From: a virus
DNA: 64,000 bases
Virus record (IMG/VR): IMGVR_UViG_3300030104_003613
Direction: 5' to 3' (one strand)
This document shows positions 18,169-26,282 of the stretch, one piece after another. Within the stretch, counting starts at the first letter, position 1, and every line of letters starts with the position of its first letter. Made by a program: the position numbers and the translations under genes. A model generated the notes under the pieces. That model made no database searches. It was given only the letters and a program-made list of their open reading frames with translations, and was not told the origin of the DNA.

Positions 18169-18324
18169 TTAGATACTATATTCCTTTACAATATCCATCA
18201 CTCTAGCAAGATAATCTTTTGCAAGACCTTTGTATTCTTGTGGGTAAGTTTCTTCTTCTAACCTATTGAAGAGCTTGGTAACTCTTGATTCCATGTCTAC
18301 CTTGGTCAATCTTCCGCGAGGCAT
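18169..18324 (-). CDS. small hypothetical protein (51 aa)
   Basis: Manual translation MPRGRLTKVDMESRVTKLFNRLEEETYPQEYKGLAKDYLARVMDIVKEYSI; AGGAG ribosome binding site. Confidence 0.7.
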   Translation of the reverse strand: MPRGRLTKVDMESRVTKLFNRLEEETYPQEYKGLAKDYLARVMDIVKEYSI

Positions 18325-18326
18325 AA

Positions 18327-18560
18327 TTAAAACTCCTTTGGTGACATCTTACTGTCAATGAATGCTCTTCTCTTTTCCCAGGTGTCTGCTTCACCGTAGA
18401 TGTGTCCTTTCTTGTGAACTGGATTGATACACAGAGGTGATTCTGCGATTCCACAGACAAGATTAGATAGTGCTTTCAGGTCACCCTTGGCACCAGTATG
18501 CCAATAGTGTTGACCGTCCAACCACACTGCTCCACACTTCTCGCACTCTCTCCTATTCAT
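18327..18560 (-). CDS. Cys-containing hypothetical protein
   Basis: CEKCGAVWLDGQHYW...C...C...DTWEKR. Confidence 0.7.
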   Translation of the reverse strand: MNRRECEKCGAVWLDGQHYWHTGAKGDLKALSNLVCGIAESPLCINPVHKKGHIYGEADTWEKRRAFIDSKMSPKEF

Positions 18561-18706
18561 AGGTAGAAATAGATGGAAATAGAGGTTTTTACTATTTACA
18601 CGTTTAAGTATTTCTTATGGATGTTTGCTATGATACCAAAACAATATTAAGATTTCATTACTAAAATGAGAACTCTCTAAATATAGCTAAAGCATTGGTT
18701 CCTTAA

Positions 18707-19210
18707 ATGAAAAAACTAGCATTGCTTTTAGGAATGTCTTTGTTGACGGCACCAGCATATGCCGATATTACTCATAGGTTAAGTTCTAGCGTTCAATTGA
18801 ATGTCAATTCTGCTGCCACACAGATGACCAGAATTGGAAATACTTTTAGCACTTCTGGTAGTGGAGTTAATAGTGATATTGGTGGTGGAAACAGCGTAGA
18901 TAATAAGTTAGGAGGATTTGGAACACTCTCTCACGGTGTTGCCTCTTCTCCTTCACTACCCACTATTACTCAAGCAACTGCTGGTGAAGCATTTTCCTAC
19001 TCGGTAACCTTTACCCAAGGTGATGCTTTGGTTACAAGTGCTCCCGCTGTTGGCGCAGTCAGTCCTCTCTCACAGCAGACTTCTAATGCTGCTGGTGTTG
19101 CTGGAAGTCTGGCAGGTGTCATTAATGCTGACGGTTCTATGACTTTGACAGCTGGTGGAGCTGGTACAAGTGCGACCGGCCAATTCGTTACGGAAATCTA
19201 CGTTAAATAG
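18707..19210 (+). CDS. secreted Gly/Ser/Thr-rich beta-strand protein
   Basis: Signal peptide MKKLALLLGMSLLTAPAYA followed by D. Confidence 0.8.
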   Translation: MKKLALLLGMSLLTAPAYADITHRLSSSVQLNVNSAATQMTRIGNTFSTSGSGVNSDIGGGNSVDNKLGGFGTLSHGVASSPSLPTITQATAGEAFSYSVTFTQGDALVTSAPAVGAVSPLSQQTSNAAGVAGSLAGVINADGSMTLTAGGAGTSATGQFVTEIYVK

Positions 19211-19211
19211 A

Positions 19212-19655
19212 ATGTTTAAACCACAAGGAGCAATCGGTTTAGGGTTGGTTCTTGGTATTATCCACGGGTTCACTTTACCATCATGGTCTGTACCCGTGGT
19301 CCCGAACTTTACTCAAGGCTCAATGACGAGCCACACCGAAACCACGCAAAAGATTACTGAAACCATCAATTCGATGGACTATAACACAGGGTATCAATAC
19401 TCTGCTACAGGAACTGGTGTAACAGTTAATGGAAATCTGTCTCCTGGAACAGGGGAGACTAATATAACTATCGATGGAGTGACCTCATCATGGACAGGTG
19501 TAACAAGCAAACCTCAATTTACACAAACGGTTCCGGGAGATGCGTTCCAGTTCACGGAGACTTATCAGGGACCGGGTTTGTCGAATCACACGATTATTCA
19601 AAGAGAAACAGACGTAACAAGTATAACCGATACTACAAGTATTTTCTCTCAATAA
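19212..19655 (+). CDS. secreted Thr-rich protein
   Basis: Hydrophobic N-terminus followed by VPVVPNFTQGSMTS; start reassigned to 19212. Confidence 0.75.
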   Translation: MFKPQGAIGLGLVLGIIHGFTLPSWSVPVVPNFTQGSMTSHTETTQKITETINSMDYNTGYQYSATGTGVTVNGNLSPGTGETNITIDGVTSSWTGVTSKPQFTQTVPGDAFQFTETYQGPGLSNHTIIQRETDVTSITDTTSIFSQ

Positions 19656-20398
19656 CATTATTATTCGCAAACCCTTCTTATGCTGAAACTGTTGGTGGTG
19701 TGTCTGCTACTGCTTCTCCTGTGGCTAATAGTTCAGGTTCCGTTACAAACCAAGCTATTCAGGTTCTTCAAGGACCATATATTACAAACACATACGGAAG
19801 TGGTATACAATGTCAGGGTCCCACTCGCAACTTCACCCCGTATGTAACAGGAACTGCGTCAGCGGCAAGACCATATGAAGCATATTATGATGATCCTGTA
19901 TATGATATTAGTGATTTGAATGAGGATGGATTGATTGACAACCCAGGAGACATCCTTTTTCAAAAGAAAACTAGGACGGGACAGAAGGATAACTTCAGTC
20001 TTGGTCTTGGTTTCTCTATGACATGGAGTACGCCAACAGATAAGAAGTTACAAAATCTTTGTAAAGAAGCAGCAGCTGCTAGCATCGAAATGATGAATCA
20101 ATCAACTGCCAATAAGAGATTGGATTTTGAAATTGCAAGACTTAAAAATTGTGGTGAATTGATAAAGCAGGGAATTAGTTTTCACCCCAAGAGTCCTTAC
20201 TATAAAATATGTGCTGATGTTGTGGTGCAGAATGTGACTCATGTTAAACAACACAATCACTACATTCCTCGACCTACTTCTTCTTCTTCTGACTCTTCGC
20301 CACAACAGAGCGAAGCTTTGCAATCGCTTCATTCCTCAGACGCTGCTCTGCTCGGCGCTCCATTACAGACTCAACCTTTTGTTTCTTACCCCGAATAG
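19490..20398 (+). CDS. secreted Cys-containing protein (start uncertain)
   Basis: Signal-like FLSITLLFANPSYA then ETVGG; DxNxDG motif; several Cys. Confidence 0.75.
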   Translation: MDRCNKQTSIYTNGSGRCVPVHGDLSGTGFVESHDYSKRNRRNKYNRYYKYFLSITLLFANPSYAETVGGVSATASPVANSSGSVTNQAIQVLQGPYITNTYGSGIQCQGPTRNFTPYVTGTASAARPYEAYYDDPVYDISDLNEDGLIDNPGDILFQKKTRTGQKDNFSLGLGFSMTWSTPTDKKLQNLCKEAAAASIEMMNQSTANKRLDFEIARLKNCGELIKQGISFHPKSPYYKICADVVVQNVTHVKQHNHYIPRPTSSSSDSSPQQSEALQSLHSSDAALLGAPLQTQPFVSYPE

Positions 20399-21104
20399 AA
20401 GCAACTTTCTTTAAGACCTTCTTGACTGTTGGTTTGATAACCTTTAATAAAATATCAGCAAATGGTTTTGCCAGAAGTGCTGACGTGGTAGCAACCACAG
20501 CAATACCCCCGGTAGTGATTACAACACTAGTCGGGGGTAATCCATTTATTGCCTGGTCAATGATAGGAACATCGCGTACCTCACGAATACATTGAGTTCC
20601 TTCTAATCTATATCCAGTAACCTCTTTCCTGCCACTGTCAAAAATAAAACCAATAGGTTCCTTGGATAACTGCTCCTGAGTAGGACACTCTATATTGGCA
20701 GTGTTAGTAGGAGGTGCCTCTGCCCCCTTTGGTGTGGACAACCCCTCTGATTCTGATTTAGGTTCCTTCTCACCAGTTCTCGTATCCACTGGTGGTGGAC
20801 GAGTGATGATCATTTGTTCAGGTTCATACTGAATAGGAGAGAAGTTTGGAACACCGGCATCACAAAATGTTAGTGTGCCTTTAGGATCATCACTAACTAG
20901 TTTATTATTCCTAGGGTTATTTGATTCGTGTGCTTCCACACACCCAGGAACATTAACAATAGGCAGTCCAATATCAACCACTACTGGTACATAAGTGGGG
21001 GCGGATAATACAGTTGGAGTTAAATTATTAATTGGAAAGATTTCAACTCTTCTAACCTGAATATTTCCAAGTTCAATATCGCCAACTTGAATATCCATTA
21101 GCAA
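20274..21104 (-). CDS. membrane-anchored Cys/Pro-rich protein
   Basis: GCVEAHE...CDAGVP motif, hydrophobic segment near the C-terminus and a basic tail. Confidence 0.75.
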   Translation of the reverse strand: MLMDIQVGDIELGNIQVRRVEIFPINNLTPTVLSAPTYVPVVVDIGLPIVNVPGCVEAHESNNPRNNKLVSDDPKGTLTFCDAGVPNFSPIQYEPEQMIITRPPPVDTRTGEKEPKSESEGLSTPKGAEAPPTNTANIECPTQEQLSKEPIGFIFDSGRKEVTGYRLEGTQCIREVRDVPIIDQAINGLPPTSVVITTGGIAVVATTSALLAKPFADILLKVIKPTVKKVLKKVASIRGKKQKVESVMERRAEQRLRNEAIAKLRSVVAKSQKKKK

Positions 21105-21679
21105 TCATTAAATATACTACCTACTTCAGATCCAATAGTCTCTCCCGCTTGCTGACCTAACAATAATGCCCAACCAGATGCCAACCATCCAATATAAGGA
21201 ATGCTTGAAACAGCAGGAACAAGGACACCAGCACTAATCGCGGTCCCTGCCATCACACCTTGTGACCGTGCTCCAGCGTCCGCCACTAAACACGCGGCGT
21301 CTACACCTCCGCTCTTTCCCACTTCACCTATTTCACCTCCCCCCATGTTGCGGGTTCCCTCTCTGGTGTATTGATCTGTACGATATTCGGTACGTTGTTC
21401 TCTACCGCCACCAAAGAGTCCTCTTTTTTCTTTATCAAGATTAAGAGATCTTTCCGACTGTAATACTTTGGGGTCATCAGAACGATACTCAATAGTGTAC
21501 CCTTCTTTCCCTGCGTGAATTCTATAAGATGAGTAAGGAGTGTGGGGAATATTGAAAGCAGGTGGTTGTTGAACCTGATCTTCAGGTTCGTGCTTAATCA
21601 AATGACCTAGCACACCGATGTGAGCAACACCAACAATAGTTCCAAGTGTAATTGTAGCAAACTTAAGTGCTCTATTCAT
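21098..21679 (-). CDS. membrane protein with a glycine-zipper-like C-terminus
   Basis: N-terminal TM helix; C-terminal AGTAISAG...IPYIGWLASGW...GETIGSEVG. Confidence 0.75.
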   Translation of the reverse strand: MNRALKFATITLGTIVGVAHIGVLGHLIKHEPEDQVQQPPAFNIPHTPYSSYRIHAGKEGYTIEYRSDDPKVLQSERSLNLDKEKRGLFGGGREQRTEYRTDQYTREGTRNMGGGEIGEVGKSGGVDAACLVADAGARSQGVMAGTAISAGVLVPAVSSIPYIGWLASGWALLLGQQAGETIGSEVGSIFNDC

Positions 21680-21680
21680 A

Positions 21681-21944
21681 TTAGAAACCTACTACTCCAC
21701 CCGTGGTCTTTGGTAGTGGTGTAACAACCCCACCAGTCGCAGCAGGTAGTTCAGGCACTTCAGGCATGTCTGGCATAAGACCAGAAATCATTCCTGGAAT
21801 TGCTTCTGTAATCTCTTCTATTGCCTTTTCTTTAGCACCCTCAATAAGATTGCCAGCATTAAGGTAAAGGTATACCCCGCCACTAACAACACTAAGAGAA
21901 ACAATACCAGAGAATATAGCAAGACCATTAATAATCTTCTGCAT
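21681..21944 (-). CDS. small membrane protein
   Basis: N-terminal TM helix and Pro-rich tail. Confidence 0.75.
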   Translation of the reverse strand: MQKIINGLAIFSGIVSLSVVSGGVYLYLNAGNLIEGAKEKAIEEITEAIPGMISGLMPDMPEVPELPAATGGVVTPLPKTTGGVVGF

Positions 21945-22080
21945 GGCAGACTCCTTTTTGTGTTGTCCTCCTCTATCTATAACATTCTTCTATTCAACGT
22001 GTTCTTTGTTATCTAAATTACAACTCTCACCATCATATTCAGAGTCGGGAATGAAAGGATCACCCCCGCATACTGCGCTC

Positions 22081-22539
22081 CTACAAGAGAGTTCCGTGAA
22101 CTCTTCTAATTTCTCTGAGTGCTTCAAGATCCATGTCTTTTGTTCCTCCGTCATACGCATGAGCATAACCCTCCTCAATCATTTGTTCGTTGAGGGACAG
22201 GTTTGAGTCCCCAATGTAAAGCCAGCCAAGAAGACGCCCATATTTGCCAACCCCACCAACAAGTTCAGTCCTAACAGACAACTCATCATCACCAGCGATA
22301 GTACTTTCCAGTTTCTCTTTGAGCCAGTTGGTTGCGTCGATTCCAAGTGCTTTTTCCTCTAGGTTTTTCGTCCTTTTCTCTGGTGTATCAACGCCTGCAA
22401 CTCTAACTCTTTCTTTCTTGTATAAGTCAAACCCAAGATCAATGGTGACATCAATAGTATCACCGTCAAGAACACGATTTATCTCCGTCACCCGGAAGTT
22501 GTAGCAGCTCTTCCTGCTCGGTGGTGTCATCGCTCCCAT
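22081..22539 (-). CDS. thermonuclease (SNase)-family nuclease
   Basis: RVLDGDTIDV, RVAGVDTPE and GKYGRLLG motifs. Confidence 0.9.
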   Translation of the reverse strand: MGAMTPPSRKSCYNFRVTEINRVLDGDTIDVTIDLGFDLYKKERVRVAGVDTPEKRTKNLEEKALGIDATNWLKEKLESTIAGDDELSVRTELVGGVGKYGRLLGWLYIGDSNLSLNEQMIEEGYAHAYDGGTKDMDLEALREIRRVHGTLL

Positions 22540-22699
22540 GAGATTCTTTCTCGTCTATTCCTAGTATGTATACGATAGCATAAACTGCTATAGCTACCAC
22601 AAGGAATGTCATAATAATCACTGACCATACTGGATCAGATGGATTATCGAGTGGTTTGAGAATAAGGTTCACTATACACGCCCTCCCCAGACATCCCAC
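22466..22699 (-). CDS. small membrane protein (start uncertain)
   Basis: Single TM helix DPVWSVIIM...YILG. Confidence 0.55.
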   Translation of the reverse strand: MGCLGRACIVNLILKPLDNPSDPVWSVIIMTFLVVAIAVYAIVYILGIDEKESHGSDDTTEQEELLQLPGDGDKSCS

Positions 22700-22902
22700 C
22701 TATCTTTAAAATAAAAGTTGACTTCAACCAATGTTCCAGTGGGTGTTTGTTCACCAGACTCTGACCACTTGTGACAAAATTTATGTATAGTTTCCGAAGC
22801 ATTGACTGCCCTCACGCCATACATTCTAGAAAAGGCACACATGGCAAAACTATAACGCATTTTAACTTCTTCTGATGTCATCTTTCTGCTCTGGTAAATC
22901 AC
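22672..22902 (-). CDS. hypothetical protein
   Basis: ORF in the - strand run. Confidence 0.6.
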   Translation of the reverse strand: MIYQSRKMTSEEVKMRYSFAMCAFSRMYGVRAVNASETIHKFCHKWSESGEQTPTGTLVEVNFYFKDRWDVWGGRV

Positions 22903-23092
22903 ATTTTCTTAAACTATCTGCCTTAATCATCACATCACAGGTGGTCTCCTCCAACTTCACAGGGTGTGCTGTTCCATGACCATCATAGGCATCAGAATCA
23001 TAGTAAACATTATCACCCTTAATAAATCCAAAACAGAATGTTCCCAATACAAATGGGACTGCAATCCAGATAAGTGCGTCTGCTAATATCAT
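22862..23092 (-). CDS. ndhP: NdhP-like NDH-1 small subunit
   Basis: One TM helix followed by YYDSDAYDGHGTAH, resembling the NdhP C-terminal FYDTDxYHGNGSAH motif. Confidence 0.7.
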   Translation of the reverse strand: MILADALIWIAVPFVLGTFCFGFIKGDNVYYDSDAYDGHGTAHPVKLEETTCDVMIKADSLRKCDLPEQKDDIRRS

Positions 23093-23565
23093 TTGAAAAA
23101 TACCTTGATACCTGCTGATGTTCTACCAGTATTAAAGTTATGAATACTTGAAAGGTGTTCAGCAAATAACTTTATACTATCACCATACTCAACACCTATT
23201 GAGGCAAGTGGTCCATAAAAATCATCATTACTATCAAAGGATGATTCATTAACACTGATGCCAGAGTAAACTGTAAGATCTTTTGTAAGGGGTGCCAAAA
23301 CTTTTACTCCAGCATGATTTACACCAGGAAAATCATCACATTGTGTGGGTGATGATAGGTGCTCAACAAACAACCTCAAGTGTTTATGAACATCATATTC
23401 AATACCAAACCCACCCATTGGTTCTCCAAAGTCAAACTGTTCATTCCTATCACCTATCTGATGATTGAGCATAACATATGATTTAATCTCATCAGGTGTG
23501 ACCATACCAACTCCACCTGTAGCAACTATACCCATAAGGGTTTGTGCTCCAATACACATGCTCAT
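23089..23565 (-). CDS. internally duplicated outer-membrane beta-barrel-like protein
   Basis: Two repeats G[IV]EY...LF[VA]EHLSS; aromatic C-terminal strand. Confidence 0.6.
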   Translation of the reverse strand: MSMCIGAQTLMGIVATGGVGMVTPDEIKSYVMLNHQIGDRNEQFDFGEPMGGFGIEYDVHKHLRLFVEHLSSPTQCDDFPGVNHAGVKVLAPLTKDLTVYSGISVNESSFDSNDDFYGPLASIGVEYGDSIKLFAEHLSSIHNFNTGRTSAGIKVFFK

Positions 23566-24032
23566 TTAACGTTACCCGGTGATAAGGATTGAAATATTTT
23601 AGAGCAAACATCAATAGCACCTGGCGCTCCATATACACCAGAGAAGATATAAGATATGCCCAACTTGGAGTAATACTTCTCAAGTTCCTGACACTTTGCT
23701 ATGTCGCTGGTGCTGTGATCAATAATAATATCACCCTCTTCAAGAAAAGGTAGCAACTCATCAAGTGTGTCTTCTGCCTTCTGCTCTGGGAGCGTAATCT
23801 GAAAGATACCAGGAATCCTACCAGCACTAGTAAACTTCTTTCTATCAGATTTAACTGCTTGAACAAGATACTCTAGTGAGGTTACACATCCACTGATGTA
23901 TCCTGCTTCATATTGTCCGCAGGCATTCTCGTAGTTAGTAGTACTGTAACCCCAGACTTCAATACCTTTCTCCAGCATACGGCGGGCCATACCTTCACCG
24001 GTACGACCTAAACCAATCATTCCTACTTTCAT
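23562..24032 (-). CDS. 6-phosphogluconate dehydrogenase-like NAD(P)-binding domain only (short gnd-like)
   Basis: KVGMIGLGR and LEEGDIIIDHS motifs; only 156 aa. Confidence 0.75.
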   Translation of the reverse strand: MKVGMIGLGRTGEGMARRMLEKGIEVWGYSTTNYENACGQYEAGYISGCVTSLEYLVQAVKSDRKKFTSAGRIPGIFQITLPEQKAEDTLDELLPFLEEGDIIIDHSTSDIAKCQELEKYYSKLGISYIFSGVYGAPGAIDVCSKIFQSLSPGNVK

Positions 24033-24033
24033 T

Positions 24034-24357
24034 TTAATTAACGTGAATTTTACCTACCATTCCTGCCGCATGATGATGACCACAATAGAAATCATATTCT
24101 CCAGTATCAGCAAAGATAATATCCTGTGTCTGACCAGGACTGAAGAACAATGATTCTCTTGAAAGATCGGGGCGACCATCAACAATAATATTATGAGGTG
24201 GTAGCATACCATTTACAAAATGGATACTCTCTCCTGCTTTAATTGTAATATCAGATGGTTCAAATAAAAGTTGACCATTTGAATTCATTGCTACATCAAC
24301 AGCCCATGCTGGTGCGGCAAGAAATAAGGTAGAGAGTAAGGCAAAAAGAAATCTCAT
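24034..24357 (-). CDS. petE: plastocyanin
   Basis: Signal peptide, PHN and C-x2-H-x4-M copper ligands. Confidence 0.9.
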   Translation of the reverse strand: MRFLFALLSTLFLAAPAWAVDVAMNSNGQLLFEPSDITIKAGESIHFVNGMLPPHNIIVDGRPDLSRESLFFSPGQTQDIIFADTGEYDFYCGHHHAAGMVGKIHVN

Positions 24358-24393
24358 ACAGACTACGCGATTACACTATCTATTCAGATCTTA

Positions 24394-24822
24394 TCACATC
24401 TTATAGGAATCGTCAGCCTTTTGTGTTGGAACAATAGTAAACGTTCCAGGTTCTACTCTAATAGTTTGTCCAGGTGCAGTTTGTGCTGCCTTCTCAATTA
24501 ATTTCTCCATCTGTTCTTTAGTGATGCCACTTCCACCACCGTTGTTTCCGTTCTTCTTACCTGCTTGAACCCCGAAAGTAGCTAAAACTCCGGTGAAGAC
24601 GCTGGCTATAAAGGTGGGATCGAGTTTCTGCTCTGGGATTCCAAGTGCGGGTGGTAGTTTAATGTACGCCAACGTAAGGATTCCACCAGACCATACAAGA
24701 ATACCAAGCCTAACAAAGGTAGATAGAATCGCAAGTTGTTCTTCCTTGTCATCTGCCGCCTCTTTAAGTTTACTCAAAGGACCCTTCTTTTTAGGTTTCT
24801 CTTCCTTAATTTCTTCTGGCAT
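24394..24822 (-). CDS. conserved two-TM membrane protein
   Basis: VRLGILVWSGGILTL...DPTFIASVFTGVLATFGV. Confidence 0.75.
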   Translation of the reverse strand: MPEEIKEEKPKKKGPLSKLKEAADDKEEQLAILSTFVRLGILVWSGGILTLAYIKLPPALGIPEQKLDPTFIASVFTGVLATFGVQAGKKNGNNGGGSGITKEQMEKLIEKAAQTAPGQTIRVEPGTFTIVPTQKADDSYKM

Positions 24823-24850
24823 ATTTAAGAAACCATTTATTAATATTTAG

Positions 24851-24876
24851 AAAAAAAGGGACCTAATTAGGTCCCT
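24851..24876 (-). terminator. intrinsic terminator
   Basis: AGGGACC/GGTCCCT stem followed by a U-tract. Confidence 0.75.
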
Positions 24877-25013
24877 GCTCCTTGAAATACTGGTGTCATT
24901 ACACCACCATCTGATCCGTCATCATCCTCATCCTTTTTAGCTAGAGCTAACATAAGGAAGTATGGAGTGATGATGAACACTAGTGTCTGTAATAGTGTCC
25001 AATCATATGTCAT
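24867..25013 (-). CDS. small membrane protein
   Basis: MTYDWTLLQ..., one TM helix and an acidic tail. Confidence 0.65.
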   Translation of the reverse strand: MTYDWTLLQTLVFIITPYFLMLALAKKDEDDDGSDGGVMTPVFQGAGT

Positions 25014-25102
25014 GATTCCTGTCCCTTTCCATTTGTGGCACATGTGGCAGCTCCCAAGGGGATTAGGAGTAATACTGCTGCCACATAGAATCCCCAAGAC
25101 AT
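25010..25102 (-). CDS. 30-aa membrane peptide
   Basis: Manual translation MSWGFYVAAVLLLIPLGAATCATNGKGQES; coupled start/stop overlaps on both sides. Confidence 0.5.
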   Translation of the reverse strand: MSWGFYVAAVLLLIPLGAATCATNGKGQES

Positions 25103-25224
25103 TACACTACTCCGGGAATGATTTGTCCGCTAACTGCATAAACCAAACAAATCGCTACAAATCCCATCATAGCGGCACGACCTTGTGCCCTTACAAAGAT
25201 ATCAGCATTAGATGCGTTTTCCAT
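25102..25224 (-). CDS. hli: high-light inducible protein
   Basis: RAQGRAAMMGF...GQIIPG (the usual ExxNGR motif is altered). Confidence 0.75.
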   Translation of the reverse strand: MENASNADIFVRAQGRAAMMGFVAICLVYAVSGQIIPGVV

Positions 25225-25331
25225 CAGAAGATACCAGGAATGATTTGACCTGTGGTAGCATAGGCACCCATTGCTGCGACTACACCCAGCATTGCTGCCC
25301 AACCATTAATACGTTCTGCCTTTTCGTTCAT
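25224..25331 (-). CDS. hli: high-light inducible protein
   Basis: Manual translation MNEKAERINGWAAMLGVVAAMGAYATTGQIIPGIF. Confidence 0.9.
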   Translation of the reverse strand: MNEKAERINGWAAMLGVVAAMGAYATTGQIIPGIF

Positions 25332-25488
25332 TGTTTTTCTCCTGTGTTTTGTTTTTGATAATGACTCTGCCTTTGTCTCTTAAATATTCTATTTGAAATT
25401 CCAACTCGTCGTCATGCCCCCAGCAGAGTTCTTCGTATAGGGCATTCAACTTCTCCATATCTTCGTGGAGTTGATTTGGATTAGACAT
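25306..25488 (-). CDS. hypothetical protein
   Basis: LNALYEELCW-containing ORF in the gene run. Confidence 0.65.
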   Translation of the reverse strand: MSNPNQLHEDMEKLNALYEELCWGHDDELEFQIEYLRDKGRVIIKNKTQEKNNERKGRTY

Positions 25489-25516
25489 ATAAGACGTTTA
25501 AACTATACTTAATTTA

Positions 25517-25783
25517 TCAGGAAAGTCCCCGAATTTCAAGTTGAACGCCTGTTTGATCGCGTTTAATGTTTTCATACGTTGACGAATCACCGTAGATTTT
25601 GTGGTCCTTGTAACCAATCTGTGCTCCCTTGGTGCGTTGTAACGCTGCCATGAAGACAATGAGAAGAAACACACTTGGTGCTCCAATGATAAGTGCCCCA
25701 CCAAAGATATACCCCGCAAGGAATTCAGCAATGGTATGGTTGGCAGCCCAAGAGAATTCGGTCTGCGTCAAAAGTTCAAGCAT
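25517..25783 (-). CDS. small membrane protein
   Basis: Central hydrophobic segment. Confidence 0.65.
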   Translation of the reverse strand: MLELLTQTEFSWAANHTIAEFLAGYIFGGALIIGAPSVFLLIVFMAALQRTKGAQIGYKDHKIYGDSSTYENIKRDQTGVQLEIRGLS

Positions 25784-26003
25784 TGTCGTGATTGATAAAG
25801 TGTTTGTTTAGAACTTCAATTCGTTCTTCTTCATGTGCGATGATATCAAGTTGCTCTTGGATGGCACCAAGTACATCAGGATGTTCACCAATACCCACAG
25901 GGTTGTGGAGATAGACTTCTACATTTGCTTTTGCTTTGGCAATGATACCCTCGGCATCAGCACGAAGTCCTTCAAGGATTTTAACGCGAAGATTACAAGA
26001 CAT
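25776..26003 (-). CDS. conserved hypothetical protein
   Basis: NVEVYLHNPVGIGEHPD motif. Confidence 0.75.
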   Translation of the reverse strand: MSCNLRVKILEGLRADAEGIIAKAKANVEVYLHNPVGIGEHPDVLGAIQEQLDIIAHEEERIEVLNKHFINHDNA

Positions 26004-26028
26004 TAGTTCCCCTCTTTTTCAGTATGTA

Positions 26029-26256
26029 TCAAACAATACCAAAGAAGAAGTTCCCAGTGACTGCGTAAGAAACGAACCCAGCAATGATGCCAAGCATAGC
26101 AGCACGACCATTCAGTTTCTCTGCTCTTTCAGCATAGGTTTCATAACCATAGCGTTCAGCAGCGGTTTGGTCAATGTACATACGGGGTTCAGTAGCCCAC
26201 ATGTTGGTGCGTCCACCTTCTTCAATTGTCACGGTGTTCGAGCGTGTTACAGTCAT
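26029..26256 (-). CDS. hli: high-light inducible protein
   Basis: AEKLNGRAAMLG motif. Confidence 0.9.
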   Translation of the reverse strand: MTVTRSNTVTIEEGGRTNMWATEPRMYIDQTAAERYGYETYAERAEKLNGRAAMLGIIAGFVSYAVTGNFFFGIV

Positions 26257-26282
26257 TTACCTAATGTAATGAATCTTTACAT

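Noticed and set aside
21990-22178. 62-aa ORF overlapping the nuclease 3' end
   Set aside because: No clear ribosome binding site or motif and about half overlapped; cannot be supported, though not excluded
26265-26281. NtcA box at the hli promoter
   Set aside because: Spacing is GTA-N9-TAC rather than the required N8
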